Positions 35,530-48,117 of a stretch of DNA of 64,000 bases are shown one piece after another. Position numbers and translations under genes: made by a program. Under the pieces are notes generated by a model. The model was given only the letters and a program-made list of their open reading frames with translations, did not search any database and was not told the origin of the DNA. Each line of letters starts with the position of its first letter. The first letter of the stretch is position 1. Location of the stretch: the NCBI RefSeq assembly GCF_003918875.1, contig NW_025767226.1, positions 372,001 through 436,000 of the forward strand, read 5' to 3'. Source of the stretch: Haliotis rubra. Its lineage: Eukaryota.

Positions 35530-35932
35530 TAACACCGTGTTGTATGGTATGATGAGCAATTCCTCCCGCATGAATCCCCTGCCTGGTCCATCCTTCAGAT
35601 AATACAAATGGGGTTGGCCTCCTTTGATATCGATGCTGTCGCCACTCAGAGAAATGTTTTTTCCCACCATGTTTTGAATGGTCGTACAACAGCTTGCTCA
35701 GACTTTCGATTTGTGTATAGTGAAACTGACCCTCTTTTTCCACCTGGAATGTGTTGATCCTGGGAATGTGTTTGGGGGCATCACTTATTCTTAAACAGTT
35801 GCCTTGTTTAGTTTTGATGTTGAGTATGGCTTGTTTTTTCTTGAAATAGGGGGGCAAGTCGATGTTAGATCCCCCTTTGAGCGGCATGTAGTTTGCTATG
35901 TCGATATAGACGGTGTTGATACTCCCCACCAC
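35530..35932 (-). pseudogene. Polinton pPolB N-terminal fragment joined by deletion to an integrase C-terminal fragment
   Basis: YMPLKGGSNIDLPPYFKKKQAILNIK and HYTQIESLSKLL..KKHF (pPolB-associated); QPHLYYLKDGPGRGFMREELLII (integrase tail). Confidence 0.7.
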
Positions 35933-36233
35933 CTACCCGGTACCCCTGTGCGTCTATCATTCCAATGATTCCTGTATATTTTGCAGTGATGCATCGATGG
36001 TCGAATCGATCAAGGCAGGTTGGGTTATGACCTCCTGCTTGCTACATGCTCAGAGCTGTCATCCAACTATTGTTGTTTGTCGAGCGACATTTTGATGGTC
36101 AACTGGTATTTAATACTTTTTAAATGGTACAACTCTACCCTGTTCTTGCTGGCGATCAGCGGTTTGGCCTTATCGACGTTGATTTAGAATTCACTGCCAT
36201 TCGCCAGCCTCTGAGATATTTACCCTGTAAATC

Positions 36234-36470
36234 TCAACTCCAAAGGTTTGCTGTCTTCCAGCAACTTAACAGTTGGGCTTTCCTTATTTGACTAAATCCA
36301 GTCAGCCCGTATTCCTTCGCTTGAGCTTTGAGTTTTCGCACAGTAACAGGTATGATGGGTTCGATGTTCAGCAATGTCAGCAATTCGGCCTTCCTCATAC
36401 GAGAATAACCAGCCAATCCACATTCTCTCACAATCGCTTTGAGTGCTCTGACAGTAGGCCTAGTCATGGT
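36234..36470 (-). pseudogene. Tandem Rho-termination-factor N-terminal-like (HeH) domain protein
   Basis: TVRALKAIVRECGLAGYSRMRKAELL and TVRKLKAQAKEYGLTGFSQIRKAQLL. Confidence 0.8.
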
Positions 36471-36566
36471 CTCTATATCCAGCTGCAAAGTCAATGTCTA
36501 ACTGATTCGCTATATCCACATGCAAAGTCAAATGTCTAACTGCTATAATCCACAGGATAAAACCAA

Positions 36567-36646
36567 GTGAGCGGTGGGCGAGTGGTCTAAAGCGCTGGGC
36601 TAGAAATCCAGCCATCACGGCTGTACACGGATCGAATCCTCGTTTT
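36567..36646 (+). tRNA. Degenerate tRNA-Ser(AGA)-like sequence inside the Polinton
   Basis: GTGGGCGAGTGGTCTAAAGCG D-arm/A box, anticodon stem CTGGG/TCCAG around CT-AGA-AA, long variable arm, GGATCGAATCC B box, then TTTT. Acceptor stem not recoverable. Confidence 0.6.
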
Positions 36647-37952
36647 CAGAAAAAAATCTTTCTTCCTGTCGTAAATAAGTCAACCTCGAACCATGTCTGC
36701 TCTGTGGGCTTTGTACAAACCATAATGGCATTTCACTCCAATACCGCATATGCCGAACACATGTTGTTTCTGAATCCCTTTCTGATAGACATCACGTGTA
36801 TTCCGCTGTCATCTGTCGTGCATTTCTTGTCGCAGGTCTCAGCTTTTCCCAGAGGCATGTATTTGCAACGATACAGAGCAGGTGTCATCTTTGTTATATA
36901 TGCACCTAGATATATGTCAGTCTAATTGCTTATCTGTATGTTAGTCTATAATTGTTTAGGGATTAAGACTGTCGTGGCGAGGCCTAACACCATGAAGATC
37001 AACCCACGTTTTTTCTAACTCGGGGAAGGTGCGTAATATTGCGATGAGTTGGGCTCATCTTTGAGGGTTTCTAATTGTTTTCTCTTGACGACATAATACT
37101 CGTGCATGGCATCATTTACGTGATTAAACATTCCCACGGCGTGGCAATCTCGTTGGAATTGGTCGTGAATAAGATCCATTCTTTGCAGTCGTTTTTTTGC
37201 GTAATAGGCTTGTGCAGCTTGTAATTTCTTCACTCACAGTTTTATATACAACTAACTGAAAATCCTCCGTCACATAACGTCACTTCCAGTTCGCTGCAGT
37301 GCTCTGGGGTCAGAGTTACGTAACCTCTCTGTGGTTTCGTTGACGGGCAAGAGTGAAGCAGATGACTTTTTGGCAACTTTTAATCACTCGGTATTACTAT
37401 AATTAACAACAAGTTTTTTTAAGAACGAAAATTCTGCTTAAGACTAACCACACGTCTTTCATATTGTAATGGTTAAAGAGTACAAAAACAAAAGTTTATT
37501 TTTTCTTTAAGGGAAGTTACTGTATACTTTGTGTCATTCATTGCCATGTGGGTTTGAAGAAGGCATGTTTTTGAGAAGAGAAAAGTAGAGAATATGGGTC
37601 TAACAAAATGGTATGTGTATATTTTAATTGTTAATATAATTTATCTTTGTGTGTGAGATATGGTAATGCCTAAAATATTTCTATTATATAAATTTTCCAT
37701 GTTTTATTGCAATGTTTGATAAAGGTACTCAGTTTTCAAGCACTTGTTAATTTACTTCATTCAGTAAATTTAAAGTATACTTTGAAAGGTTAGGGTGTAG
37801 GTTCATTTAGTTATTCTTTCTAATGTTTAAGGTTAATTTCTAGATAATTTCTGAGCTGTTAATGTAAATATATTTCATCAATTTTTTTCATTTGTTTGCA
37901 TTTTATTGACTATAATTTTCATAGATATGTAATACTGTAGGTACTCATTACT

Positions 37953-38540
37953 GTTTTTATACCCCCATTACAAAGTCCGTCCGTCCTTCCATCCCGAAAC
38001 TTGTCCGGAGCATATCTCTTAAAGTTTCCATGCTAGGTTCACCAAACTTCACACACATGTTAATCATTACCCATTGATGTGCCTTTTGCTATTTTAAAGG
38101 TTTTTTAGAATTTTTTTTGTCGTTGTTTCCATGGAAACATGACTTGGTGCTAAATGTGTTTGATGGTTACCTGGCCACAGCATATCATCGAAACTATACA
38201 TGCTAGGTTCACCAAACTTAATACACAAGTTACGCATGACCCACTGATATGCCATGTGCTAAAAAATAACAATCTTCATCCACGTCCACTTCATTGTGTG
38301 CAACAAGTTCAGTTGTATGTCAGGTTTCCACGGAAAACACCAAAAAAATAATGTTTCCATAAATTATTACTGTAATCTGTACGTGGCAAAACTATTAATT
38401 ATCAGACATGTATATAAAGTTAAGTAGAGTCAAGGAGAAAGTCTTGTGAGCTGCTGATCCTTGTCACATTATATATATCAATATCAGTCATTTCCATGTC
38501 CAAAAGTGGGAAGGGGGAGCATGTGAGCTGTGCTCACTTC
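37953..38540 (+). mobile_element. Helentron-associated (HINE/pearl-like) element
   Basis: TTTTTATACCCCC start, (GTCC)n, duplicated internal core CATGCTAGGTTCACCAAACTT, 3' hairpin GTGAGCTGTGCTCAC. Confidence 0.65.
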
Positions 38541-38551
38541 TACACTTCTTT

Positions 38552-38890
38552 GACCGCCTCTGTGGTGTAGTGGTTAGAGCGTCCGTCTGAAGAACGGAAG
38601 GTCGCGGGTTCAAACCCTGACCGCGTCATACCAAAAGACGTACAAATATGGTACTTGTTGGTCCCTGCCTGGAACCCGGCATTAATGGGTACAACAAGGA
38701 CTGGTCGGCTCGGAGTCAGTATACTGTGTCTGAGTAGGGTATTCATGCTTCACTGCGGCATGGTATCACAGTGAGCTAGCACTATAAAACAGCTTCAGTC
38801 TGGGCTAGTACAAGCAGCCGCACAAGCATGCACGTCGTCATATGAGTGAAATATTCTCAAGCACGACGTTAAACCCAATTTCACCTCACC
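38552..38890 (+). mobile_element. SINE family 2 (Meta/MESC-like)
   Basis: Homologous to 17953-18281. TSD TCTACACTT(C/G)TTT at 38539-38551 and 38891-38903. Confidence 0.9.
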
Positions 38891-39277
38891 TCTACACTTG
38901 TTTGTTTTGTTTACAGTCAACCATTTCATTCTTCTGTTATGGAGAGGATTTGTCATGAGAATTATGAAGTTGAATATGTATGTCATGAACTTTGAATGTG
39001 AGAAGCGAAAACTAGCATATGAACTATGAATCTTGAGGATTATGAATTATGAGAATGAGAACTGACATATGAGACTTGGAATAAAAGGAGCAGACAATGA
39101 GATGAATTTTCATTTTGTTTACTACATTCCACATCGACCACGATCATCGGTTACATGGGGTCATATCGCTTACGTTATCACTTATAGAAAAGAATACTCT
39201 TGGCGTGTACATATTGAAAGTATAATGTAGTGCCTTTTATACATTCAACATGTTTGTTACGCTCCCGGGAATAACGA

Positions 39278-39900
39278 ATGGTGAGCCAGTTCAACTTCTT
39301 CATGCTATTGATAACATGTTGGGACAACTCGAAGCAGCTCTCCGCGATCTCATGTATTGCCTGTCGTGGACTAACTAACATCAATAGTGACAGAAACAAC
39401 AAGAAGCAATTTATCATTGAAAACCGCCACATTTTGTCTGCCGGTTACTATAGCATTTGTTCGCTGAAAGATGAAATATTTAAACCTCGAGCAGCCAGCC
39501 TCAAACTTAATGACTTGAACAGAACGCTGACATTAACCAGGGAGAAAAAACCCTTAAAACTCGGCAGGTCCTTGGTGAAAACACTCAGGTTACAGTCGAA
39601 TGAATTACAGCCCCAAACCACCGTGACAGGCTAGAAATTACCCGATATAGTTCCCTATCAAGAGCTGTGCATTCATATCGATCAGATAAGCACCACCAGT
39701 AATATTCAAGACGAACGTCCTTTGATGCTGTTGAGAGCTGTTGCGGTGGAAGATGAGACGTACAACAGTGGTTGAACCGAAACTTTCCCCTATTTACAGT
39801 ACAAAAAGTTAATACGGGGTATAATCCTGAAACTCAAAGTGTCCGTTTTAGATATAAAACACCAACCCGTACATAAAGGTTATCTGAGCGTGAGAACGTA
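39278..39900 (+). pseudogene. Polinton minor capsid (penton)-like gene remnant
   Basis: ILSAGYYS ... ELCIHIDQISTTSNIQDERP.MLLRAV...F.YLQYKKL..GII..LKVSVLD pattern, with frameshift and stop. Confidence 0.55.
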
Positions 39901-39926
39901 AGAAAGACCAGGAACGCTTCTTGACA

Positions 39927-41175
39927 TGGTAGGCATCGTGTTAGAAAATGCGCTAACATAGGGCTCTCTGATTTTGGGGGACACTGAAGGATTCGACGAC
40001 CCTGGTGTCAAAGGCAAGTTGTATGCCTAAGAATTAAAAAACAACATTTACAAGCAAAAAGAAGTTACAGACACCACCTGGCAGCGGTAACCTTGGAGAT
40101 TTAAAAGATGTTGAGACCGGGGGAACTTGTAAACAACACTTAATGAAATCTAGTCCATAACAACAACGATAAATGGGTGATGGTTGCAGCATTCAACGGT
40201 GGTAACCTAGATGATTTAAACGTTGTCGAGACCAGGGGGTGTCTCCAAAAACCGTTGTACCATCTTGTGCGCACCGACGATAACAAATGGATGTTGATCT
40301 CGTCCCAAATCGACTGGCTGCTCGATATCAACATAGTTTCTGCATACCTGTTTACAGAGAATAAGGATCATTACGTGACTAAAGTCATCAATAATGGGAT
40401 TGTGCTGTGAGCTTACGTCCCCTCGCAAAGAAGGAGTGTACTCGTGAACGTCATCATGAGAAAACCAAGTCACATGCTGTCGAGTAAACCGTCATCAAAG
40501 ATATGTTGACTGTATTAAAAGGGATTCCACCCAATACGATGCTATATATCAATGTCTTCCTCGGAGACCCCACACCTGATCTTGAAATCATGATGGGAGC
40601 CAAACTCTGTTGAACTCAAAACGCATTAAAATCACGTTTTCGGTTTACATTCAGAGAGACACAATGACTTACCTGAGCCTCAAAGGGGTCACCGTGACCT
40701 TGGAGAAAAAAACTGCGCTCACCAAAATTTTCTTACCCACGAATATACGTCTCATCAGGTTAAAGTTTATTCGCAAGAGATTGTGGGAAAATCAATTGAA
40801 GACTATTTTGTAAACTATATTAATATAATGAGTGATATCGCGGACAAACATCGCATCACAAAATGCGCTACCATCACGCTCTCCGATCTCGGAGACACAT
40901 GAGGATTCTATAAACCCAGTGTCGAAGACACGTTGTATGGCTTGCGTTTAAAAAATGTGTACAAATGGCAAGAGGTCTTACTGGAATCTAAATTTGACTG
41001 GTTAATCAATATTACCCTTACCAACCCATATCTCGTTTTCGAGGATCATGATGGTTATGTTACTAAAATAAACAATAATGGGATTTTAATCGGGTATCTT
41101 TATGCTCCTGTAGGCAATATTCACTTGCTAGCAATACCGAATAAGACAGGCTACATGTCAACGAAAGTAGAGTAA
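39927..41175 (+). pseudogene. Two paralogous fiber-like virion gene remnants (39927-40500, 40828-41175)
   Basis: Shared LGDT.GF..P.V...LY...LKN..YK..EV and DWL..I......L..E..D.YVTK..NNGI, plus an internal GGNL.DL..VET repeat. Confidence 0.45.
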
Positions 41176-41542
41176 TAATATATACTTCATTTTTTAACAT
41201 AGAATTTTTTTTTTCTCCAGTTGGAAGTTAGGGGTGGAACAAGGCTCTACACTTGTTATTGATGTCTTTCTTAGAGATGCCTCCACAGAAGATATTCAAC
41301 TTTTTGATGGGCTAAAGATATGATGGAGTAAAAAACATGAACAACAGCATTGTCAAATTTATATACGACCAGGACCAACCACTTTTACTAACCTCGAGGG
41401 GGTTGTTGTTATTGAAGAACCTAACATATCACTCGAGAATTTGTACTTATCTAGAAATTTCTGCATCATAAGCTATAAGTAGACCAATAAAAGATTGTCA
41501 GATGTCTATTTGAAGATTATTTCACAACATATATTATAAAAG

Positions 41543-42026
41543 ATGGGATTGTATCCAGCAATTGATGTAGTAGCTGAAAAGTTGGAAAGCGTGGACGATT
41601 TTGTTTATGACAAATAAGTGACAGATAACACAAAAGGAACAGGGACTTACGGCTAGGATTGCATAAAAAGTGTCACAGAGCCGTGAACGCTGTCGATCGT
41701 GTGGACACTGTGCTCGTAGCAGTCAGCATGGGGCTAGGTGCAGTTTATTATCCACCATCGTGGCCGCACCAGTCGTGCTAGGCATGAAAATAGCGTCGTG
41801 AGTTTCAGGGTTGGCAATGGTGGCTCTTAAATTCATTTCACGCCAGCTGCAAAATAAAGCATTAAAACATGACAAGATTCGCGTTCTAGCCGAGGCCGAA
41901 GATGAATACTATCGAGGATCGTATCTCCACTGCCTATCCAACAGTAAGATATTAAATAATCTCATAGTCATAGAGCAGGGCAGACAAGCATTCCTTTCCA
42001 AAACCAAAGAGATAATAGGAGATTGA
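41543..42026 (+). pseudogene. Polinton-associated two-helix membrane/coiled-coil protein remnant
   Basis: LYP start, hydrophobic VDTVLVAVSMGLGA..STIVAAPVVLG, then KALKHDKIRVLAEA. Frameshifted. Confidence 0.6.
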
Positions 42027-42296
42027 CGCTGAAGTGTTTCCTTGATATCAATTTGTTTCACAATTAGACAAACTTATACATGTGCAATCAATTCCTTGAG
42101 GTGGAAAACAAAAAACTTTCGATTGATAGATGAAAACGATGTTGATAAACTCGTTTAAGAGTGTGGTCCTTCAAAAAGTACCACATTTTAATATATATAA
42201 ATATGGGACAGCGAACGATGGTCGATGCCGGTTTCCTTAGTTTTCGACCATTGGTGGGGCATTATTTGCAGCCGTACCAACATTGTGTGTACTACT

Positions 42297-42763
42297 AGTA
42301 CAGGAGAGTGAGTTTAGAGGAGCAGAGCAGAGTGAGCAAGTGGAGGGGGGCAGAACACAGCAGAGTGAGTGAGTGGAGTGGAGGGGAGCACAACAGAGAG
42401 TGATTTGAGGGGAGCGGAGCACCGCAGAGAGTGATTTGAGGGTGCTGAGCAGAGAAGAGTGAGTGGATGGGAACGGAGCACAGCAACGTGAGTTGATGGG
42501 AATGGAGCACAGCAGAGCTAGTGATTTGAGGGGAGTGGAGCAGAGAATAGAAGAGTGAGTGAGTGGATGGGAACGGAGCACATGAAAGCGACTGAGTTGA
42601 CGGGAGTAGAGCAGAGCGAGTAAGTGGATGAAAACGGTGCACGGCAGAGTGAGTGAGTGGAGGGAAGCGGAGCACTGCGAAGTGAGTGAGTGAAGGGGAA
42701 CACAGCACAGCAGAGGCAGTGAGGTGAGGGGATGAGAACAAGTGAGTTGATGGAGTGGAGCCA
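42297..42763. repeat. Purine-rich GAGT/GAGCA array (unit B counterpart of 18282-25075)
   Basis: Same motifs, followed by CCATTTAAA..TATTATT as in unit A at 25321. Confidence 0.9.
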
Positions 42764-44322
42764 TTTAAACGGTATTATTGTGTAATATTATCAGGTAATT
42801 AAATTGATCACAGATTAGATGTAATTATGTTTATATGGAGACATGTTTGAATTATTTCAATGCAGTGTTTTTATGCTGTAGGTATGCTGATGACAAAATT
42901 GGGGTATATTCATTGTTTTTAACCAATCTTACACAGTGGTGTATTTCACATGTACACCGGTTTGCAAGACATCTATTTGTTTTTTGTTTTGTCAAAATAA
43001 TGAATTATTCATAACCCGTAAATATGTAACGTCAGTAAAAGTTTGGATAATAAACAGCTGAATGCAATTCATTGTGAGACTATAGAGAGGATAATTATAC
43101 ATCCCTTCATTGGCATTTTCCATACTGAATATTGAAAATCACTCAAGTGTGCTGTGTGTGGGAAGACAAGTTTAAAGTTTCAGGTTTGTTATGATACAAT
43201 ATGTCACACCATCTTATTGTGTTTGGACCCTAACCTAGTTGTAAGAGCGTGACAACCTTTCTTATGTTTTCAGTAAACACCATAACATCCACAGGTTAAT
43301 GATGAAAGTTGACCCAAACCTATACAATTCACACTCAAGTAATTGATTCAACAGAAAGGTATGATGTAGGGGTCAAATTTGGTTTATATATCAAAGCCTA
43401 TTGTTAGCATGGATGCAAGTTTTGAATATGTCACTGCATCTTGTGGATCCAATAACTGCTATTGACAGGTCTTGTGTACTTGTCAATGACCTGTGTTGTA
43501 ATTTGCAAAATGGTAGAATGGTGCCATGAAAACCATTTTTATGGTTACTCATGTATCAAGTGCATACGGTTAGCTTATAGTAGCTGTTCTCCTAAAGATG
43601 TGTTACCATGTCATTATTTATCCAGTTTTAAATGGATACAATTTCAAATTATATGTATCTATGTTAAACTAAGGTAAAGTTGCAAAATTTTGTGATCCTT
43701 AGCAAAGTGTGAGTAGAATAGTTGTTATAAGAGAGTGACAATGTTTCTTATGTTTTCAGTAAACATCATAACATCGACAAGTTAATGATGGAACTTGAAA
43801 GCAACCGACAGAATCCTTTCTCTGTCACTAAAACAAATGAAATCTGTTAAAGGGATTTGCTAGAAACCTCAAGAAACATTTATTGACACCTTGGAAATAG
43901 GTGATCTCATGAAAGAACCAATTATTGGAATCCTGGAAATAGTTTCCTAATGGTTTGGAGAATCACCAAAACGACAAAACAGTCTCGTGCATGTTGTGAA
44001 AGCCTGGAAACATTTTCTAAATCAGAGAGTTGAAAAGATGCGTTCTCTGTCACAGTGGCGTCAAGACTTTTGAGTGTGCTGGATGTGAGAAAACATTCAC
44101 ACTATCAGCTTATCTCCAGACACACATGGAGATTCACAGCAGAGTCAAGCCTTATGAATTTTTTTGGGAATGTGGGAAAACATTTACATGATTATATACT
44201 CTTAATGCACATATGAGGATTCACAGTGGAATCAAGTCTTATTAAATGTGGGAAACAATTTACACTATCAGGTACTCTTTGGGAAACACATGAAGATTCA
44301 CAGTGGATTCAAATCTCATTAG

Positions 44323-44424
<102 letters not shown>

Positions 44425-44475
44425 TAATTTACACATTCATGTGCTCTAGAGAAAAACAGGAAGATTCACAGTGGA

Positions 44476-45918
44476 ATGAAACCTTATCAGTCCATTGTGT
44501 GTGTGAGAAACATTTACACAAACAGTTTCAGGATTCATACAGGAATCATGCCTTATGAATGTAGAGAATGTGGAAAAGAATTTACACAGTCCAAAAGTCT
44601 CCAAGCACACATGAGAACTCACAGTGGAATCAAGCCTTATGAATGTGTTGAATGTGGGAAAAAATTTAAACAATCAAATATTCTGGGGACACACATGAGG
44701 ATTCACAGTGGAATTAAGCCTTATGAATGTGGTGAATGTGGGAAAAAATTTACTCATTCAAGTTCTCTTCACAAACACATGAGGATTCACAGTGGAATTA
44801 AGCCTCATGAATGTGTTGAATGTGGGAAAAAATTTACACAATCAGGCAATCTGAAGGCACACATGAGGATTCACAGTGGACTCAAGCCTTATGAATGTGT
44901 GGAATGTGGGAAAAAATTTACAGAATCAGGCCATATGCGGTCACACATGAAGATTCACAGTGGAATCAAGCCTCATGAATGTGTTGAATGTGGGAAAAAA
45001 TTTACACAATCATGCCATCTGCAGATACACATGAGGATTCACAGTGGAATCAAGCCTTATGAATGTGAGGAATGCGGGAAAAAATTTACACATTCAGGTC
45101 ATTTGCAGTCACACATGAAGATTCACAGTGGAATCAAGCCTTATGAATGTTTTGAATGTGGGAAAAAATTTACAGATCCAGGTAATATGCGGGCACACAT
45201 GAGGATTCACAGTGGAATCAAGCCCTTTGAATGTGTTGAATGTGGGAAAAAATTTCACCATTCAAGTACTCTAAAGACGCACATGAAGAGTCACAGTGAA
45301 ATGAAACCTCAACAATGCATTGTGTGTGAGAAAACATTTACACAATCAGTTTATCTGCAGGAACACATGAGAATTCACACAGGAATCATGCCTTATGAAT
45401 GTGGTGCATGTGGGAAAAGATTTACACTTTCCAAATGTCTCCAGGCACACATGAGAATTCACAGTGGAATCAAACCTTATGAATGTGCTGAATGTGGGAA
45501 AAAGTTCACATACTCAAGTAATATGCGGACACACATGAGAATTCACAGGGGTATCAAGCCTTATGAATGTGTTGAATGTGGGAAGACATTTACACAATCA
45601 AGTGGTATGCAGAGACACATGAGGATTCACAGTGGAATCAAGTCCTATGAATGTGTTGAATGTGGGAAAAAGTTTAAAGATTCAGGTAGTCTGCAATCAC
45701 ATATGAAGATTCACAGTGGAATCAAGCCTTATGAATGTGTTGAATGTGGGAAAAAGTTTATCTATTCATGTAATCTGCAAACACATATGAGGATTCACAG
45801 TGGAATTAAGCCTTATGAATGTGTTGAATGTGAGAAAAAATTTAAACATTCAAAGAGTCTGAAAATACACATGAGGATTCACAGTGGAATCAAGGTTGAT
45901 GAATGTGTTGAATGTTAG
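44476..45918 (+). CDS. Tandem C2H2 zinc-finger ORF, 16 complete fingers, SGIKP linkers (unit B; within degenerate exon ~43780-46260)
   Basis: 480-aa open frame of C-x2-C-x12-H-x3-H repeats with 84-bp period. Flanking fingers carry stops and frameshifts, so functionality is uncertain. Confidence 0.85.
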   Translation: MKPYQSIVCVRNIYTNSFRIHTGIMPYECRECGKEFTQSKSLQAHMRTHSGIKPYECVECGKKFKQSNILGTHMRIHSGIKPYECGECGKKFTHSSSLHKHMRIHSGIKPHECVECGKKFTQSGNLKAHMRIHSGLKPYECVECGKKFTESGHMRSHMKIHSGIKPHECVECGKKFTQSCHLQIHMRIHSGIKPYECEECGKKFTHSGHLQSHMKIHSGIKPYECFECGKKFTDPGNMRAHMRIHSGIKPFECVECGKKFHHSSTLKTHMKSHSEMKPQQCIVCEKTFTQSVYLQEHMRIHTGIMPYECGACGKRFTLSKCLQAHMRIHSGIKPYECAECGKKFTYSSNMRTHMRIHRGIKPYECVECGKTFTQSSGMQRHMRIHSGIKSYECVECGKKFKDSGSLQSHMKIHSGIKPYECVECGKKFIYSCNLQTHMRIHSGIKPYECVECEKKFKHSKSLKIHMRIHSGIKVDECVEC

Positions 45919-48117
45919 AAATAGTTTACAAATTTTTAAATCTTATCCTATCTCATAGTTTGTACTACACAATCGGGCAATCTGCAAACACACATGAGGA
46001 TTCACTGTGGAATCAAGCGCTATGAATGTGTTGGCTGTGGGGGAAAAATCACACGGTCAATGTGGGACAGAAGTTAGACAGTGAGGTCATCATCGAAAAC
46101 ACAGGAGGATTCACTGTGTAATCTAGCAGTGAAGACTGTTCACTGTGTTGGGTTTGGTAAAGGATGTACAACTGTAGACACCTGTAGAAACACATGAGAA
46201 TTCAAAGTGGAATCCTGTCTTAGCAATGTGTTGAATGTGGGAAAACATTTGCACTGAATCAACTTATTGTTGTGTTTTAGTGTTATGTATATAAAATTAA
46301 CAGTGCATATATTTCATCATACACCTTTATATTCTCATGCCAGCAAGTGCATGTTTTACCACCAACTAAATCGTAGTAAAATATCATCTTTTGTTGAATA
46401 AAATTGCGATTGCCATCATGTTTGTCCTGTCATAAATGTCATGGTCAAGCGCATAAATGTCATTGACAGTGGCTACACCATAGAGAAAATCAAGTTTTAT
46501 AAGGTAATTACTTTCTTACCTCCTACCTCGTGTAGTAAACGTTGTCAGCATAGGGTACATAGTGCTTCTAGAAACTTTAACCTGAGAGAAATTTACTAAT
46601 GATAAACAAGTAGAGCTGAGAGATATAATATTAGTATTTTTCCATCTCAGGCATACTTGCTTGAATAAACGCAAGATACTCAACGCTCTCTCCTCTCTTG
46701 TTTCAAGGTAAGAAACGTTTAAACTTAATTTTTGTTTGTGTCTAACTTGTTATTTCTTTGTAAATATCGTCTAGAAAATGTGAGAGTTAATTTAGATACA
46801 TTCCTACGATATTGAAGCATTTTTCGAAATACCTACCATTGTAAATGATAGTTTATGATAAGAGATTAATTCTTAGGCACTGTCTAGTGATGTCTAACCA
46901 CATTGGGTCGTGGGCACCTCAAGTTTTATGTTTTTCATGTGCATACGAATATCTCTTCCCAATGTTTTGACACACGTGTATACATATTGCTAGTCTTTCT
47001 CTAGTTTTCTTCGTTTTGTGCGTAAGATCTGTATATGCAGGTTAGATTCTCGTTCAGTAGCCTAGATTCCAGTAGCTTAGTAACAAAACCAGTTCAAGAA
47101 TTTATACAAGTATTTTGAGCAATGATGAAGTTGTAGGTAGATGAGTTATTCGGTATTTTACAAATACGATAGTTCACTGATGAAATAAAATTCAGTCGAT
47201 TTACCTCAGATACCCGCCCACAGAACAGATTACAACAGCCAACATTTGTATTTTGATATTTAACTAACATGAATAATTATTTGAAAATAATGATATGAAA
47301 CGTCCCGTTTCCGTGCAGTTGTGTACCGTACAAAATATCAACATCATCATTCGAAACACATTTACCGTAGTCACCCAATTAATCCAGGATAAAAAGAAAT
47401 AATTTCAATAGATTCATTTTTTTTGTAGTATACGAACAAAGAAAGGCTAATTATCCAAATCTAGTCAATCAGTGGGGGGGCTTTTGTACACCTAGTTGTA
47501 TACCGTACAGAACAGTTTATACGCAAATCCCATTACCGTAATCATTAGTAAATGGTATTGTCTTCTCAAATTACCTGAAAATATCCATTAGTATAGTTTA
47601 AGTATACAATTCCAGTCTTCATTCTCTCTTACTTAGCTCAGTAAATTTAAGAAATATGTGTAGTCAATGACAACAGCGCCGTCCTAGTGCATTATTATAG
47701 TCATTTTTTAATGATTTAAATAACTTATTGTCTTGTTTTGTAAAGCACAAAATTGTACATTCCGACATCTGTTGTTTAAGTATAGAATTACAGTCTCATA
47801 ATGTATTCTACCTTAGTTGATTAATTCCGTAAATATTGAAATTGCACGTTGCCAATAGCAACTTACACTAGTCATAAATCCTTCCCGTAGTTAATGCATT
47901 AAGCGCCATTATGGTCATTAATCCCTACCGTAGTTAACGCCATGGGTACTACATAACCTAATTGGTATAACCCCTCACCGCAATTAAGGCATTAGGTACA
48001 ACATACCGCAATAATCATAATACTAATACTAACTAATACTAATAGTCATAAATCCTTCCCTCAGTAATGTGTTAGGTTTAATATACCGTAGTAGTCATAA
48101 ATCCTTACAGTAGTTAG

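Larger units (their letters stand above)
35511..42296. mobile_element. Decayed, internally deleted Maverick/Polinton (adintovirus-like) element
   Basis: Remnants of pPolB, integrase C-terminus, tandem Rho_N-like domains, minor-capsid-like, fiber-like and membrane-protein genes. Ends in ACTACT (AGTAGT-type terminus) at 42291-42296. Confidence 0.75.
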
